Positions 1-12,039 of a stretch of DNA of 64,000 bases are shown here, in pieces. A program made the translations under genes and the position numbers. Source of the stretch: Octopus sinensis. Lineage: Eukaryota. Positions within the stretch are counted from its first letter, which is position 1, and every line of letters starts with the position of its first letter. The DNA lies in the NCBI RefSeq assembly GCF_006345805.1, contig NC_042999.1, positions 168,454,001-168,518,000 on the forward strand. The letters run 5' to 3'. The notes under the pieces were generated by a model. That model ran no database searches and had not been told where the DNA came from. It worked only from the letters and a program-made list of their open reading frames with translations.

Positions 1-151
1 CCAGTGCGTAACTGGTACTTAATTTATCGACCCCGGAAGGATGAAAGGCAAAGTCGACCTGGGTGGAATTTGAACTCGGAACGTAACGGCAGACGAAATA
101 CGGCAACGCATTTCGCCCGGCGTGCTAACGTTTCTGCCAGCTCGCCGCCTT
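1..151 (-). mobile_element. tRNA-derived SINE, family A (5' part; continues off window)
   Basis: Reverse complement reads GGCGGCGAGCTGGCAGAAACGTTAGC...GAGTTCAAATTCC (A/B-box-like). Homologous to the copy at 53825-54040. Confidence 0.85.
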
Positions 152-306
152 GAAGTTATCAAGCAAAATAATGTAGCTTTGAGATTTCAATGATGTGATT
201 GTTAATTTTTAGAATCACATTGTAGGATAGGTGTGATAGGTTGGATCTGAACATAAAATAGGTAGAATATTTAGGCTGGTGGTTGGTTTGAATGTTAAAA
301 GGTTAA
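152..306 (+). mobile_element. piggyBac-like MITE, right part (left end interrupted by SINE)
   Basis: Body similar to the copies at 8250, 11537 and 59393; ends ...AATGTTAAAAGGTTAA. Confidence 0.6.
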
Positions 307-2223
307 ACACCATCTTTATTGTTTGAATATTTAACTTCACTTAAGGATGAAATTCCTCTTGCTGTGTACTTCCTTTTTGGAAATAGTTCTGCCAATTGTA
401 CTTTATAAAACAGAGAATATGACCAATGATATTTCAATTCTCAAGAGCCATTATAATTAGCATGTGATTCAAAGGTTTGATTGAATGGCAATTTGAATAT
501 AGGATTATATTTTCATGGGTAGTTAATTATTGAAGAGAGAAAATACGATTGTTTAAAAATGCATACTGTTCTGCTGTATTCGCATCAAAACAACATTGGC
601 AGTTTTTGTAGATTTATGTATTACCATAAAAAGAAACTTAGCAGAGTTTTAGCCCTCACTCTAAACTGAATCTTCCATATATTTGAAGAATGAATTTATA
701 TTAAATATTTATGTTAAAAATTAATAAAAGTTCTCCTTTCATGTTTATCTTTGAAATTTAAGTGGTTTAACTTTTTTCAAGGTAATTTAAACTAATAGTC
801 AAAATGATTTTATCAAAAACAAGTCAAGATATTTTTAAGGAAATAGAAAAAAATTTCTTCTTCTTTTAACAACCTTTTTCCTTCACTTATAAATCCATTG
901 ATTATTCTAGGTTTAATATGGATTAAGTTCAATCTTTCAATCTTAAGGAAATAACTTCTTTCAAGCAGATATGAATATGAACTGTTAAAGAATTTATGAA
1001 AAAATTAAACTTCCCATTCTTACAATGAATAATCTTTATACTCCAGCTGTTTTCCCCAAGGGGTATAGTATTGCACTCTCAAGATCAGACAGGTGCAAAA
1101 AACACTGTTTTGAAGCCTTTGTCAAGAAACTGAGATTTTCCCTACTGAATTTGGAAGTACTTCTACCAATTCTTTCTGATGTTATATACAAGTTCAAGGT
1201 CAGGTGAATTCTAGACTGCTGCTGCTATACACTCATTGGAGCTGGTGGTTCTGTTTTCTTGCTGCATATTCCTTAACTACCTCTAAAAGAAAATAAAGGC
1301 TATATTCTTTAAGGAATGATCTATGACAAAATTATCGCAACTATATTTTGGTTTATACACTCTTGCTGCTTTCTGCTTTCTCTATCACTTCTCTGATATA
1401 TTTTGGGAAGATTCCTACTCATTATTACGCTGCACAATGGTTTGTAGCCTGTGCTACTTGGTAATTCGTACTTATTTTCTGCTAAATGAATCTTTGCAAA
1501 AAGGAAATTGTATTCTGAAATTTACTTGAGTTTTATTCAATCTAGACTAAAGATTAACAAACATCATAGTTTCTCTGCTGCTCTAAGGGCTTTGGGGCTT
1601 CAATTTCTCATTTCTTGCATCTTCATAAGAATAAAGAAATGTCTTACTGAAAACAGTTCGATTTATTTATAATATTTTCTTATTAATAAAAAAACTTTAA
1701 AAAAACTACATGCAGTGGTGGAGCAGTGCCAGAAAGTAGCACAACAAACTAAATGCATTACAGCAGTTAGTTCTCTCTCTCTCTCTCTCTTTTTTTTTTT
1801 TTTTTGAGAGTGTATTCTGTTAGGTTCCACTTATCATTTTGTTGTTCTGGCATCAATAACAAGAATACAAGCATGTTTTGGGGCAGTTTATCCAGAGATA
1901 TTTCTCTCTGATTAATATATTTGTTTATTATTATTATTAATTAATAAGAAACTCGCACAGATAAGTGTAATTGATCTAGCTGCTACTCAGTTTGATGTTT
2001 TATTGGTCAACATCTGTAAGGGAACATGGGTCATGAAAGAATTCAAGAAGGTTGTAGTTTTGGTGGAGAATGAATGACAAAGTGCACTTTGTGAAGAGTG
2101 ATGAAATGCAGCATATGTGTTGGGTAGGACTAATACAGAGGTGGTAAACAGCTTTCTAGTTTAGTGGAACAGAGGCTGTTGAAGTATTTGCAGAAGAGGT
2201 AGGGAGAAAAAAACCCAATACAG

Positions 2224-2655
2224 TCATCATCATCATTGTTCGACCGTGGTCGAGACAATGGAATTTACCATGCTACGCCAGACTTCACAGTCCATCATGG
2301 CATTGCGGAGGTCCTGTTGCTGGATGCCTGTATCCCTGGAGATTACATCAGGGTAGGAGAGTGTGCGCCCTCTGGTATTGCGAGTAGATGGCTTCCAGAG
2401 GAGAAGAGTAGAAATTGCCTTGTTTCCAGCTCTACAACAATGTCCAGCAAACTGGACTCTCCTACCTTTCACAAGAGATGACACAGGTGGTAGTTTCCCA
2501 TATATTTGCATTTTGGTTGGATGGCACTTCCACGAGAGATTTTGAGCTCTCATAAGGAGGCGAGTGTAGGTTCCATCCAACCGCCTCTCAAGCTTCTTTG
2601 ATAACTTCCAGGTTTCTGAGCCATATAGTAGAATTGGTTCGATTGCCATTTATTT
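2224..2655 (-). mobile_element. 5'-truncated RTE-type LINE, 3' end
   Basis: ORF 2233-2649 (LLYGSETW...RRVQFAGHC...W..MV) is a typical RTE C-terminus followed by a (TGA)n tail. The same 3' end recurs at 29335-29481. Confidence 0.85.
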
Positions 2656-3344
2656 GGATATGGGTTTTTGCAAATCAGTAAAGTAACTTTTATGTGTCTG
2701 GAGTTCTGAATTGTTGCAACAAAGTAAATTTTGTGAAAATCTTTCGGACACCATGTAATGATGTTTTGTTCTCAACAGTTTTGTTCTCTTTAACTCCCCA
2801 GCTGAGCTGTGATAACATCTGCTCTAGTTTTGTTTCTTGTCTTTTCTTAGTTTACCTTCTACTTGATTCAACTTTGCTTTCAGCCTTACACAGGTTATAA
2901 AAATAAGTGCATGTTTTATAAGGTATAAGAAATATTACTAAGTGCTCTCATTGAGTTGGAAGTATTTAGTTTTGTTCTTCTGTGTTCCAGCTCCAAGTCT
3001 TGTTAATGTCAACTTTGCCTTTTCTCCTATAGGATTATTGGAATAAGTACGAATATAATGTGATTAATTTAATTTGCAGCACCCTTTTAGTACAAAATTT
3101 GGCTTTGGGTCTTATGAAAAGACATTATTGTTGTTGTTGTTGTTGTTATTGATTGATAGAGGATAAGTAAAATACTAGGCTTGCACTGAGGTTGATTTAG
3201 TTAACAACACTTCCCTGTACACATTGTACCATTTTAAGAAACAATGAATTATTATAGAAACAAGCATTATCGTAACCCTCCTACTTCTGGTTCACATCAT
3301 TATGGTTTTCTGCTTGTTTTCAAATACACAGGTGTGTTTGTGTG

Positions 3345-3380
<36 letters not shown>

Positions 3381-3392
3381 AAGAGAGAGAGA

Positions 3393-3775
3393 GGTATAAC
3401 TGAAACTTGCTCCCCAATCAAATGATTTTAAGTTCAATCCCACTGTGTGGCATGTTAGGCAAATGACTTCTGCTATTTTTGGGGGCTGACCAAATCCTTG
3501 TGAGTGGATTTGGTTGATGGAAATTCAAAGAAACCTGTTGTGTGTGTCCGTGTGTCCATGTCTTGACATCATGCAAAAATTGTGACAAGCATCACCAGCT
3601 AACGAGCAGTGTTCTTCATTTCCAGTCTTTGTGAAAACCTGGTTGGCTCTGGGAAAGCATTGATCAGGGTTAGCAACAGGAAGAGCACCTGGCCATAGAA
3701 AATCTGGCTTCATGAATTCTATCTGACCTCTGCAAACATGAAAAAGTAGATGTCAAAATACTGATGATGATGACA
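3393..3775 (+). mobile_element. Degenerate SINE, family B head with RTE-like (TGA)n tail
   Basis: Head AAGTTCAATCCCACTGTGTGGCA...GTGGATTTGG matches the SINEs at 29638 and 57488. Tail GGGTTAGCAACAGGAAGAGCA...TGATGATGATGA resembles the RTE 3' end at 23755-23900. Confidence 0.7.
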
Positions 3776-3777
3776 AT

Positions 3778-3818
<41 letters not shown>

Positions 3819-4384
3819 GACAGAGAATGAAGGGAAATATAGATTTGCCAGTTATGTTAAGTTATGCAACATTCACTGATTCCCAGATGTTAATATGATG
3901 ATGATGATGAGAAACAAGTTAATTATACATTTGTGCATTTGTTGCTGTCAGATGCAGTTTTTCAAGCTTACATTTTTCATGTGTAGTATTTTGTACCAAA
4001 TATAATAAATGTTGCAAAAAATATCACTTAGATTATAGGTATTATTCCTGTGGTTGTTACTATTCCAAATTGGAGCCTATGCTCTTTTGTTTTGTGGAGA
4101 GGGACAGTTCCTGCTGGTCAAGAAGTTCGTCTGTTGCTAATATCCACTCCAGAGGAGTGTTTGAATGTGCAGGAAAATACTCAAGTTATGACAGATGCAA
4201 AAATTCCTAGAAGATGATAATGAGAAGTTGTGGTTTGTGAGACATTGTAGTCCTGGGTCAGGTATAGACAGAGGTTGGACTTTGCCATCTGGAGCCCTGC
4301 CATGCACTCGTCACATTCTACAGCTAGATACTTGGCCTCCAGTGAAACATCATTCTTTGTATTCTGTAGAGGGTTATTGGAAGG

Positions 4385-4743
4385 TATGATAGATTGTCTG
4401 GAATCTGGGACCTCCTTCGGTCACGACACTGACCATGGGATTGCACCTAGAAAGTTACCCTCCTAGTCACAAGTCTGGGCAAGGTGGTTTTATGGAAGAC
4501 CAGCAGTCGCCCATGCATACCAGCCCCACTCTCCACACCACCAGTGTTATCCAAGGGAAAGGCAAAGGCCGATATAGCTTGGCACCCGTGACGTCGCAAC
4601 TCATTTCTACAGCTGAGTGAACTGGAGCAACGTGAAATAAAGTGTCTTGCTCAAGAACACAACACGCAGCCTGGTCCAGGATTCGAGCTCACAACCTCAC
4701 GATCGTAAACTCGACGCTCTAACCACTGAGCCATGTGCCTTCA
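4385..4743 (-). mobile_element. tRNA-derived SINE, family C, with CORE-like segment
   Basis: Minus strand has TGGCTCAGTGG (A box), GAGCTCGAATCC (B box), then TTCTTGAGCAAGACACTT (CORE/V-SINE-like motif). Confidence 0.8.
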
Positions 4744-5547
4744 TGATAGATTGTAATCTAGGATTAAATGATGAGCACTGTCTGAGTAATTTCTTTTAGA
4801 GGATTTTCATGTCTGGATTATGAACAATTTCCAAAACGTCTTGGTCAGCAATGCTACAGTGAGTAGAATTATTGTGTATTTACTAAAACTACTGGTATGA
4901 CTGATGGAATCACCAGAACAACCTCAGACGCATGCTGAGCAACAAAACCGTCTCCCACACACTTGTTCAATCTCCGTATAATATTGATTTATGAGTTTAT
5001 GTTGAACATATGTCGGACAGATCTAGCTTTCTTTGGAATTTGAAGATCAACCCACTGCCTCTTTTCGGTAAGGAAGAATGGTCTTCTTTTGCTTAGTGGC
5101 TGAGGTGAAGTAAGTTGTGTAGTGGCCTATATTTGAAAGGACAGAACTTTTCTTCTTAAACCAGCCCTTCATCTCTTTCCTCAGGTACGACTTGGGAAGG
5201 TGAGTTTGGAAGGGAAGTGTTTCTCCCTATTGAATTTTATGAAAGATGGATGAAATTGGTGAGATTAAAACTGATTCAATGTAACTGTAGGGTTGTCAAA
5301 ACAACTGAAAGAGGTAATTGGTAGTTATCAATGGGACGTCCCAAATTGCTTTATATACTTACTTTTTCTACATTCTAGGGACTTTTTCTTGTTCTCTATT
5401 GTTATTGTTTTTTATTATTATTACTCATTTTACCCTTTTTTTCTGTGTAAATCATCTATTCTTGTATTTCATCCATCTACTCTTCTCAACTTGGCATGTG
5501 TAGCCAATAATTATAATTGCTACTATTCTTTTTTTTTTTCATGATAG

Positions 5548-5670
5548 GACGTACTATGTCCAGCAAACCAGTAACTACTACTACCACTTTCATTAAACAC
5601 CGAATGAGTAGCACTTCAGGCATGGTGAAGACGACAACCCCTGAGACTAGGAGCACGAGTCGGAGACAAG
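5548..5670 (+). CDS. IL-17 receptor-like gene, Ser/Thr-rich extracellular stalk exon
   Basis: TTTTTTCATGATAG| acceptor and CAAG|GTAAAC donor; 123 nt, phase 1-1. Encodes (G)RTMSSKPVTTTTTFIKHRMSSTSGMVKTTTPETRSTSRRQ and splices in frame to the TM exon. Confidence 0.7.
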
Positions 5671-5952
5671 GTAAACTGCAGCTGATTTTAAAACTGATCA
5701 AGGGGGTATAACTCTATTAATTTTTTTTGAAACGTTCCTTCCCTTCGTGCTCAATTTGCAGAAATAATTTTTTCTTTCGTTCGCTCTTCTACAAAACGGG
5801 GAAATACATATTTTGAATAAAATATCAGAATGTTTTATAAGAACGATATTTTGAAATAGTCAGTAATAGCTTGAAATATTTGGTTTAGTGCTTTAAACAG
5901 TAATAGGTAATCCAATTATGTGTGTGTGTGTATATATATATATATATCATCT

Positions 5953-6165
5953 GTGATGCATATATGCCATTTGAATATGGCTAACCCATAAGGGTGGATG
6001 CTACTGTAGTTTGTAGCCCCAGGAAGATATCTCCTCCCGCTGGCTATAGACACAGTATCTGTGTCCTGTCAGTATTTGTGAAGGAGAGTCATCCTCCCCG
6101 TCTTCAAACTACAGTAGCATCCACCCTTATGGGTTAGCCATATTCAAATGGCATATATGCATCAC
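5953..6165. repeat. Perfect 61-bp inverted repeat with 91-bp spacer
   Basis: 5953-6013 is the exact reverse complement of 6105-6165 (checked base by base). Confidence 0.95.
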
Positions 6166-6210
6166 GATGTGTTACCGCTACTGTTTATAACTTGCTCTGA
6201 GATTTATCAT

Positions 6211-6266
<56 letters not shown>

Positions 6267-6910
6267 GAGGGTGTGTTTCTACGCAGTAAAAAATATAGGC
6301 AAATTTGTTGTTGAAAATTAACCTAAATTTGAAAAACTTGTAATTATTTTTCTATAAATATATTTATACATAAACCAAACTAGTTTCAACAATATTTTTT
6401 GTTTATCAATGGTAAAAATTTTAAATTACGAATTAGAAGAACATGTTGACAAGTTTAAATGTTCATAACTGTCAATTATATAAAAACTGTACATCAACTT
6501 GTTTAAATGCACAAAATTCAATACTGTTAGTAGTGATCGATAAGAAACGTGGATCATCAAAGTTTTGGTCATACTGAGTTAAGAGAGAGAAAAACAAGGG
6601 AGAAATGAAAATAATAAAAAGAAGTTGTGTTTTCAGTTTCTGTCATGTGCAGGGACTTTCTCTTGTAATGGTGTTTTTTTGAATCCAGTGTATTTATAAT
6701 TTTTTCCGTAAGCGGATCTGATTTTTCATTTGTTAAAGTACTGGTGACGTCTTGTTTTTCTAGTGGTCTGGTTGGCTTCCCTGTGGGGAACTGTCAACAG
6801 TCATTTCAGTTGGTTGATTCTCTTAAAGGGTCATTTTGTTGTATTTGCTGTAGCTCGGTTTTAATTGGAGGTAAAGTTTCATTGGTCTAGAGTTAGGTGA
6901 CGTCAGCATA

Positions 6911-7625
6911 ATGAAAACAGCCAAAATGTTTGGTGTATCAAGAAGTACTGTCTTGAAAATAATGACAGCCTTTGAGAAAGAGGGGAAAACCTCCTTGTCG
7001 AAAGAAAACTCCAGAAGAAAACCAAAACTTTCAGATAGGGACCGTCAGGCTCGTATGTGAATTGTTAGAAAGGATCACAAAAGTACAGCTCCCAAAATTA
7101 TGAAAGAGCTTAATAACCACCTTGAGAACCCAGTTTCTACAAAAACTGTTCACCAGGAGCTGCACAAAGCCAGATTTCATGGGAGGGCTGCAAAATCAGA
7201 AAACCACAACTTTCAAAAATAAACATTGCAAAGTGTTTAGAGTGGAGTAAAAACCTACGGAATTGGTCCCTAGAGCAGTGGAAGAATGTTATTTTCTCGG
7301 ACAAGTCATCCTTTACCAACCACTGGCCGAGTATATGTGTGGAGACAGCCAAAAGAAGCATTTGACCCAGACTGCCTTCTTCCAACTGCTAAATATGGGG
7401 GAGGGTCTGTGATGCTCTGGGGGTGGGGCTGGGGCCTTATCTTGGAAATCCGCCGACCCAATGGTTTCCCTTCATGGCAGAATTAATAGTCAAGACTATT
7501 TAAACATTTCATCTTATCAAATTCATCCTATGGTTACGGAACTGTTTCCGGAGGGAAATGCAATCTTTCAGGATGATAATGCACCAATTAACACAGCTAA
7601 AGTTGTTACTGGATGGCACGAAGAA
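6911..7625 (+). pseudogene. Tc1-family transposase relic
   Basis: Frameshifted translation gives AKMFGVSRSTV (HTH), WKNVIFSD, RVYVWRQPKEAFDPDCLLPTAKYGGGSVMLWG and IFQDDNAP motifs of DD34E transposases. Confidence 0.9.
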
Positions 7626-8031
7626 TATTGGCCCGAGGTTATATTAGAAGACACTTATCCAAGGTGCCAAGCAGTGTGACTGAACCTTGAACCACATGGT
7701 TAGGATGCAACCATCTTTCCACACAGTCATGCCTTATCCTTTTTATAACCAACTTATTTCTTCTATTGGCAAAATTAGTTGTTAGACCTGTGTTTTATCC
7801 AAGGAAATATGTATTTCACATTTACCTCAAGATAGCAAAAACTGAAGATTGGCACTGGTTCAATGGAGCCATGGGATTTAGAAAAGGATTTAATATATAT
7901 TATTTGCTGGCCATAAGAGGTCAGATAAATGCTGACAATTCTTGGTTTATTTGTTATGAATTGTAATTAATATTTGTTTTTGTTCTTTGTTATGTCATGA
8001 TGTAAATAAAAAAAATACAATTATACTTTAG

Positions 8032-8178
8032 GTGATGTAGTAATTCAACCTTCAGACCAAAGTGGAGAGTACGAAAGATCATTGAAGATTATGCTTGGCA
8101 CTGTGTTTGGAGTTGTTGGCAGTGTTACAATCATTATTGTTGTATTTTGTATGTACCGTAAGAGAAACTACACTTCAG
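8032..8178 (+). CDS. IL-17 receptor-like gene, transmembrane exon
   Basis: TACTTTAG| acceptor and TCAG|GTAAGT donor; 147 nt, phase 1-1. Encodes DVVIQPSDQSGEYERSLKIMLGTVFGVVGSVTIIIVVFCMYRKRNYTS: a hydrophobic helix followed by an RKR stop-transfer. Missed by the ORF track. Confidence 0.9.
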
Positions 8179-8249
8179 GTAAGTACTTTTAGCTTAGTTT
8201 TTAAATATTAAACAAGATTATTTTGTTTAATGTCTGTTTTCAGTAACGT

Positions 8250-8473
8250 TTAACCCGTTAGCATTCAGATTAATTTGGCAAATGTAAGGCTTATTTATTC
8301 ACATTGTTTTCAATTAATCCTGGATTATCTTGTGGCCTTGAGATTTTATTGATGTGATTATTTATTTTTATAATGACATTGTACGATAGATGTGAGGCCA
8401 GATCTAGCCTGTTTGAACATAAAACAGGTAGAATATTGGGGCCAGATAGGGTCATTTAACTGCTAAGGGTTAT
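8250..8473 (+). mobile_element. piggyBac-like MITE
   Basis: Termini TTAA-CCCGTTAGCA ... TGCTAAGGG-TTA; body shared with three other copies. Confidence 0.75.
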
Positions 8474-8852
8474 ACACATTTTCTTTGAAATATATATACA
8501 GTTTAGTTCTGGCCAGAAAATTTTACTTATGGCTAAATTTGATTAAGTAGTTTTCTCTTTAAAGATCTGGTGCAATTTTTATTTTGACTGTCTTACTCAC
8601 TTTACTCATACTAACATTTGAAAGTGAAGTATTTTTTGGACAATTACCTGCTGTTAAGACTCTGTGTTTCACTGTATGATATGTTTTCTGTTACCAATTA
8701 AAAGTTAAGTAGTCATGAAATCTGTTGGGATGATTTAGTCAGTGTGTTATATTGCTCAGTGCTAAATGATGATAGCTTGAACTCCTAACTATCCGATCAG
8801 TTGTTTAGTTCATTCTGTGTAGCAAATCTCATTGTTAAACATTTATTTAGAT

Positions 8853-9104
8853 CAGGGGTTCCTAAGCAGGGTCCATAAGGCCCTTGTGGGGTCCATATAA
8901 GATTTTGTTGTTAAAATTTATGTACAATAAATTGCTTATACTTCTACAATACACAAAATATTTTAGCATTTTTTTAAATACAATTCCTAATAATATTTAA
9001 TAATTAAAATACAACAGATTTTTTAAACACTGAATGGCTATGAGGGTCCAGGAGTAAAATAAGAATCAAAGAGATTCATAGATAAAAATGGTTGAGAACC
9101 ACTG
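8853..9104. mobile_element. hAT (Charlie-like) MITE
   Basis: TIRs CAGGGGTTCCTAA / TTGAGAACCACTG with an imperfect 8-bp TSD (ATTTAGAT / ACTTAGAC). Confidence 0.75.
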
Positions 9105-9534
9105 ACTTAGACAACAAAATATCTTACCTATGTGGGAAAAGAAGCAGGTTCTGTTATATCTATTTGAGTATGTTGCACTCTATAGCTCTAGAATAAGTAT
9201 TTTAGAATAAGTGAACAAATAGTAATGTTATAATAAATACCTGATGAAAATTTTAAGATGAAAACATTAATGTAAATGGTTGTAATATTAGAGAAGAATT
9301 TGGATTATCTGTGTAGTTATATGATAGGTATAGAATATGGTTAACTGTGAAAAAATATATGTCTGGTAATTTGGGGAATTTCGAACTGTAAGAGATTCGC
9401 ATTTCCTGTTTTTGTTATTGTTTATATCATTGAATTTGTTATGAAATCAGTTCTCTGGTAATTGTGTTAATTTCATGATCTTTTCAATAGAATATAAAAT
9501 AAAGTGGTTTCCTACTTTGCAGACCCAATCAAGA

Positions 9535-10532
9535 ACTTGAACTCAGCAATGCAATCTAACAATAAAAAAGCCGTTTTAAATTTATAACAACTTGTTGAGG
9601 TAAACTGTACATATTGTAAGTATGTATGGTACCCAGGGCTGTGTCAACAGCATTATAGGCCCCAGTGGAGGCGCAATGGCCCAGTGGTTAGGGCAGCAGA
9701 CTCGCGGTCATAGGATCGCGGTTTCGATTCCCAGACCGGGCATTGTGAGTGTTTATTGAGCGAAAACACCTAAAAAGTTCCACGAGGCTCCGGCAGGGGA
9801 TGGTGGTGACCCCTGCTGTACTCTTTCACCACAACTTTCTCTCACTCTTACTTCCTGTTTCTGTTGTACCTGTATTTCAAAGGGCCGGCCTTGTCACTCT
9901 CTGTGTCATGCTGAATATCCACGAGAACTACGTTAAGGGTACACGTGTCTGTGGAGTGCTCAGCCACTTACACGTTAATTTCATGAGCAGGCTGTTCCGT
10001 TGATCGGATCAACCAGAACCCTCGTCGTCGTAACCGACGGAGTGCTTCCATCCATAGGCCCCCAGGCAAGTCAATACACTAGGCCCTATAGTATTTATTT
10101 ATTGATAATAAGCCACTGTGTACATAAATGAGATTTGGGCCCTAGACCTGTAGGGATCCTTGGCAACTACCCAGAGCCTTAAAGCAGCAGTGTTGGTACC
10201 TGTTAATTTAGTTGGATGAACTAAGCCAGTATGAGTATAGATGCATTACAGCATTAAATGGTGAAGTATGAACCATTAGTGTCTTTCTCTGTAGTTCAGA
10301 CCTTTGTTGACTTGGCTGACTGTAAGTTCTTCATTTGATGATTGTCAGTGGACAGTAGAATCAATAAATAAATACTATAGGACCTAGTGTATTGATTTGC
10401 CTGGGGGCCTATAATGCTGTTGACACAGCCCTGGGTACCATACATACTTACAATATGTACAGTTTACTTCAACAAGTTGTTATAAATTTAAAATTGCTTT
10501 TTTATTGTTAGATTGCATTGCTGAGTTCAAGT
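9535..10532. repeat. ~173-bp inverted repeat; left arm split by a SINE
   Basis: 9535-9663 plus 10054-10106 pair with 10360-10532; about 5 mismatches counted by eye. Confidence 0.9.
9665..10053 (+). mobile_element. tRNA-derived SINE, family D, with target-site duplication
   Basis: TGGCCCAGTGG (A box), GGTTTCGATTCC (B box); flanked by a duplicated ATAGGCCCC. Confidence 0.85.
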
Positions 10533-11471
10533 AATACAAAATTACTTTGTGTTATAATATTTTTTGAGTTGGAATCTTGTTAGTGTCCACTTCATTTTCC
10601 ATTCTCATGGGTGTTATTAAAAACATTACCAGTGAAAGTACTAAGTCAAAATCATCAAATTATACTCTTTCACACAAATTTGTGGTTGCATACCCACGTC
10701 AAAAGTCAAATGTAGTTAAGTTGGTAGTTTTTATTTGTTGTAAGCATGTTCTTGGCTGTCTATGTTATACTATTTTGATTTCTACACCTGGTGAGGTATG
10801 GCAAAGGTGAACAGAACAATTAGAAGACAGGGCTTAAATTACTCTGGTGAAGTTAGGACAGAGATGACAGAAATAAGATATTTGAAAAACTGCTGCACTG
10901 CTGACCCATTCACTCCATGACACGAATGAAAGAAAATGTTAAAATTGATTTGTGGAATGACAACACTGAGGTTGCTTATATTTCCACTTCTGACACCCAC
11001 TTAAAATATATATATAACAGCTGAACTAGACTTGAGCTTGGACTTTCAAAGTTCAAAGTCTTGAACTCTGCTGTTGAGTCACTATTGAATTTACACAGTT
11101 TGTACCAGCTCAGATGATTACATTTCAGTAAGTGTTCACTACAGAGTAAGCATGGACAACCTTTTATGAGATGTGGTCTACATGAGACATGGCTCATTAT
11201 CAGGTGGGCTGTACTACTAAAACAATCCAAGGTAATTTTCGTTAGGTGTGCCATTCAAAAAGTCCCACAAGTTGTATGAGTGCTATAGACCTTCTAGCTA
11301 GAAGTCATTTCTGGAAGCCTTTTGTTTTAAAATACAATATGAATTATATATTCTTTTTAACAAAAACTTTAGGTATGTCTTCTCTCTCTGTCTTCTATTC
11401 TAGCTTACTATTTCTCTCTTACTTTTCTTCTGAGAATTATTTCTTTAATGTTAATTAATTTCTACTTCAAG

Positions 11472-11516
11472 GGTCACACATTGAACATCCACAGCTGTCT
11501 GATGTAATTATTGAAG
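11472..11516 (+). CDS. IL-17 receptor-like gene, 45-nt juxtamembrane exon
   Basis: TCTACTTCAAG| acceptor and GAAG|GTAAGA donor; phase 1-1. Encodes (G)SHIEHPQLSDVIIE and keeps the frame between the TM and SEFIR exons. Confidence 0.7.
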
Positions 11517-11536
11517 GTAAGATTAATTCAGTCCTT

Positions 11537-11764
11537 TTAATGCTTTAGCATTCAGATTATTCTGTTGAATGCAATGCCTTACATTCACATTGTTTTGAAT
11601 TCATTGTACTTTATCTTGTAGCTTCAAGGTTTTCATAATGTGATTGTATATTTTGAGAATGGTATTGTAGGGTAGATGTGAGAGGCTGGATCTGGTCGGT
11701 TTGAACGTAAAACAGACGGAGAATATTTGGGCTGGATATGGCTGGTTTAAATGCTAAAGGGTTA
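11537..11764 (+). mobile_element. piggyBac-like MITE
   Basis: TTAA..CTTTAGCATTCAG ... AATGCTAAAGGGTTA; same family as the 8250 and 59393 copies. Confidence 0.75.
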
Positions 11765-12039
11765 GATGTTTTTTTTCATTTTTATTTGTTGTGTAGCCCC
11801 AGATCATCCCTATGAATAAGCAACAAGTTCTACTTTGATCAAGTAGACTTTCTAGCTATGACCATCCTATCTTATTTCAGACAGAACTACATTATGTGTG
11901 GTTTGAAGTAAATTTAACTGGGGTTTCTAACTGGTGAAGGGGATATCTAGAACAGTGGTGGGGAACTTTTTTAGAACCATGGGTAGGTTACATGTTCACA
12001 AGAACTTGTGTGGACATATCTCATGAAACTTGACGTTCC

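Noticed and set aside
4195-4261. Possible upstream IL17R exon (MQKFLEDDNEKLWFVRHCSPGS, phase-1 donor)
   Set aside because: The acceptor lacks a polypyrimidine tract and the sequence has no recognisable similarity; RNA-seq would be needed.
9523-9587. Cryptic acceptor CTACTTTGCAG giving DPIKNLNSAMQSNNKKAVLNL* after the TM exon (a SEFIR-less receptor)
   Set aside because: It lies mostly in an inverted-repeat arm and such sites are common by chance; there is no transcript evidence.
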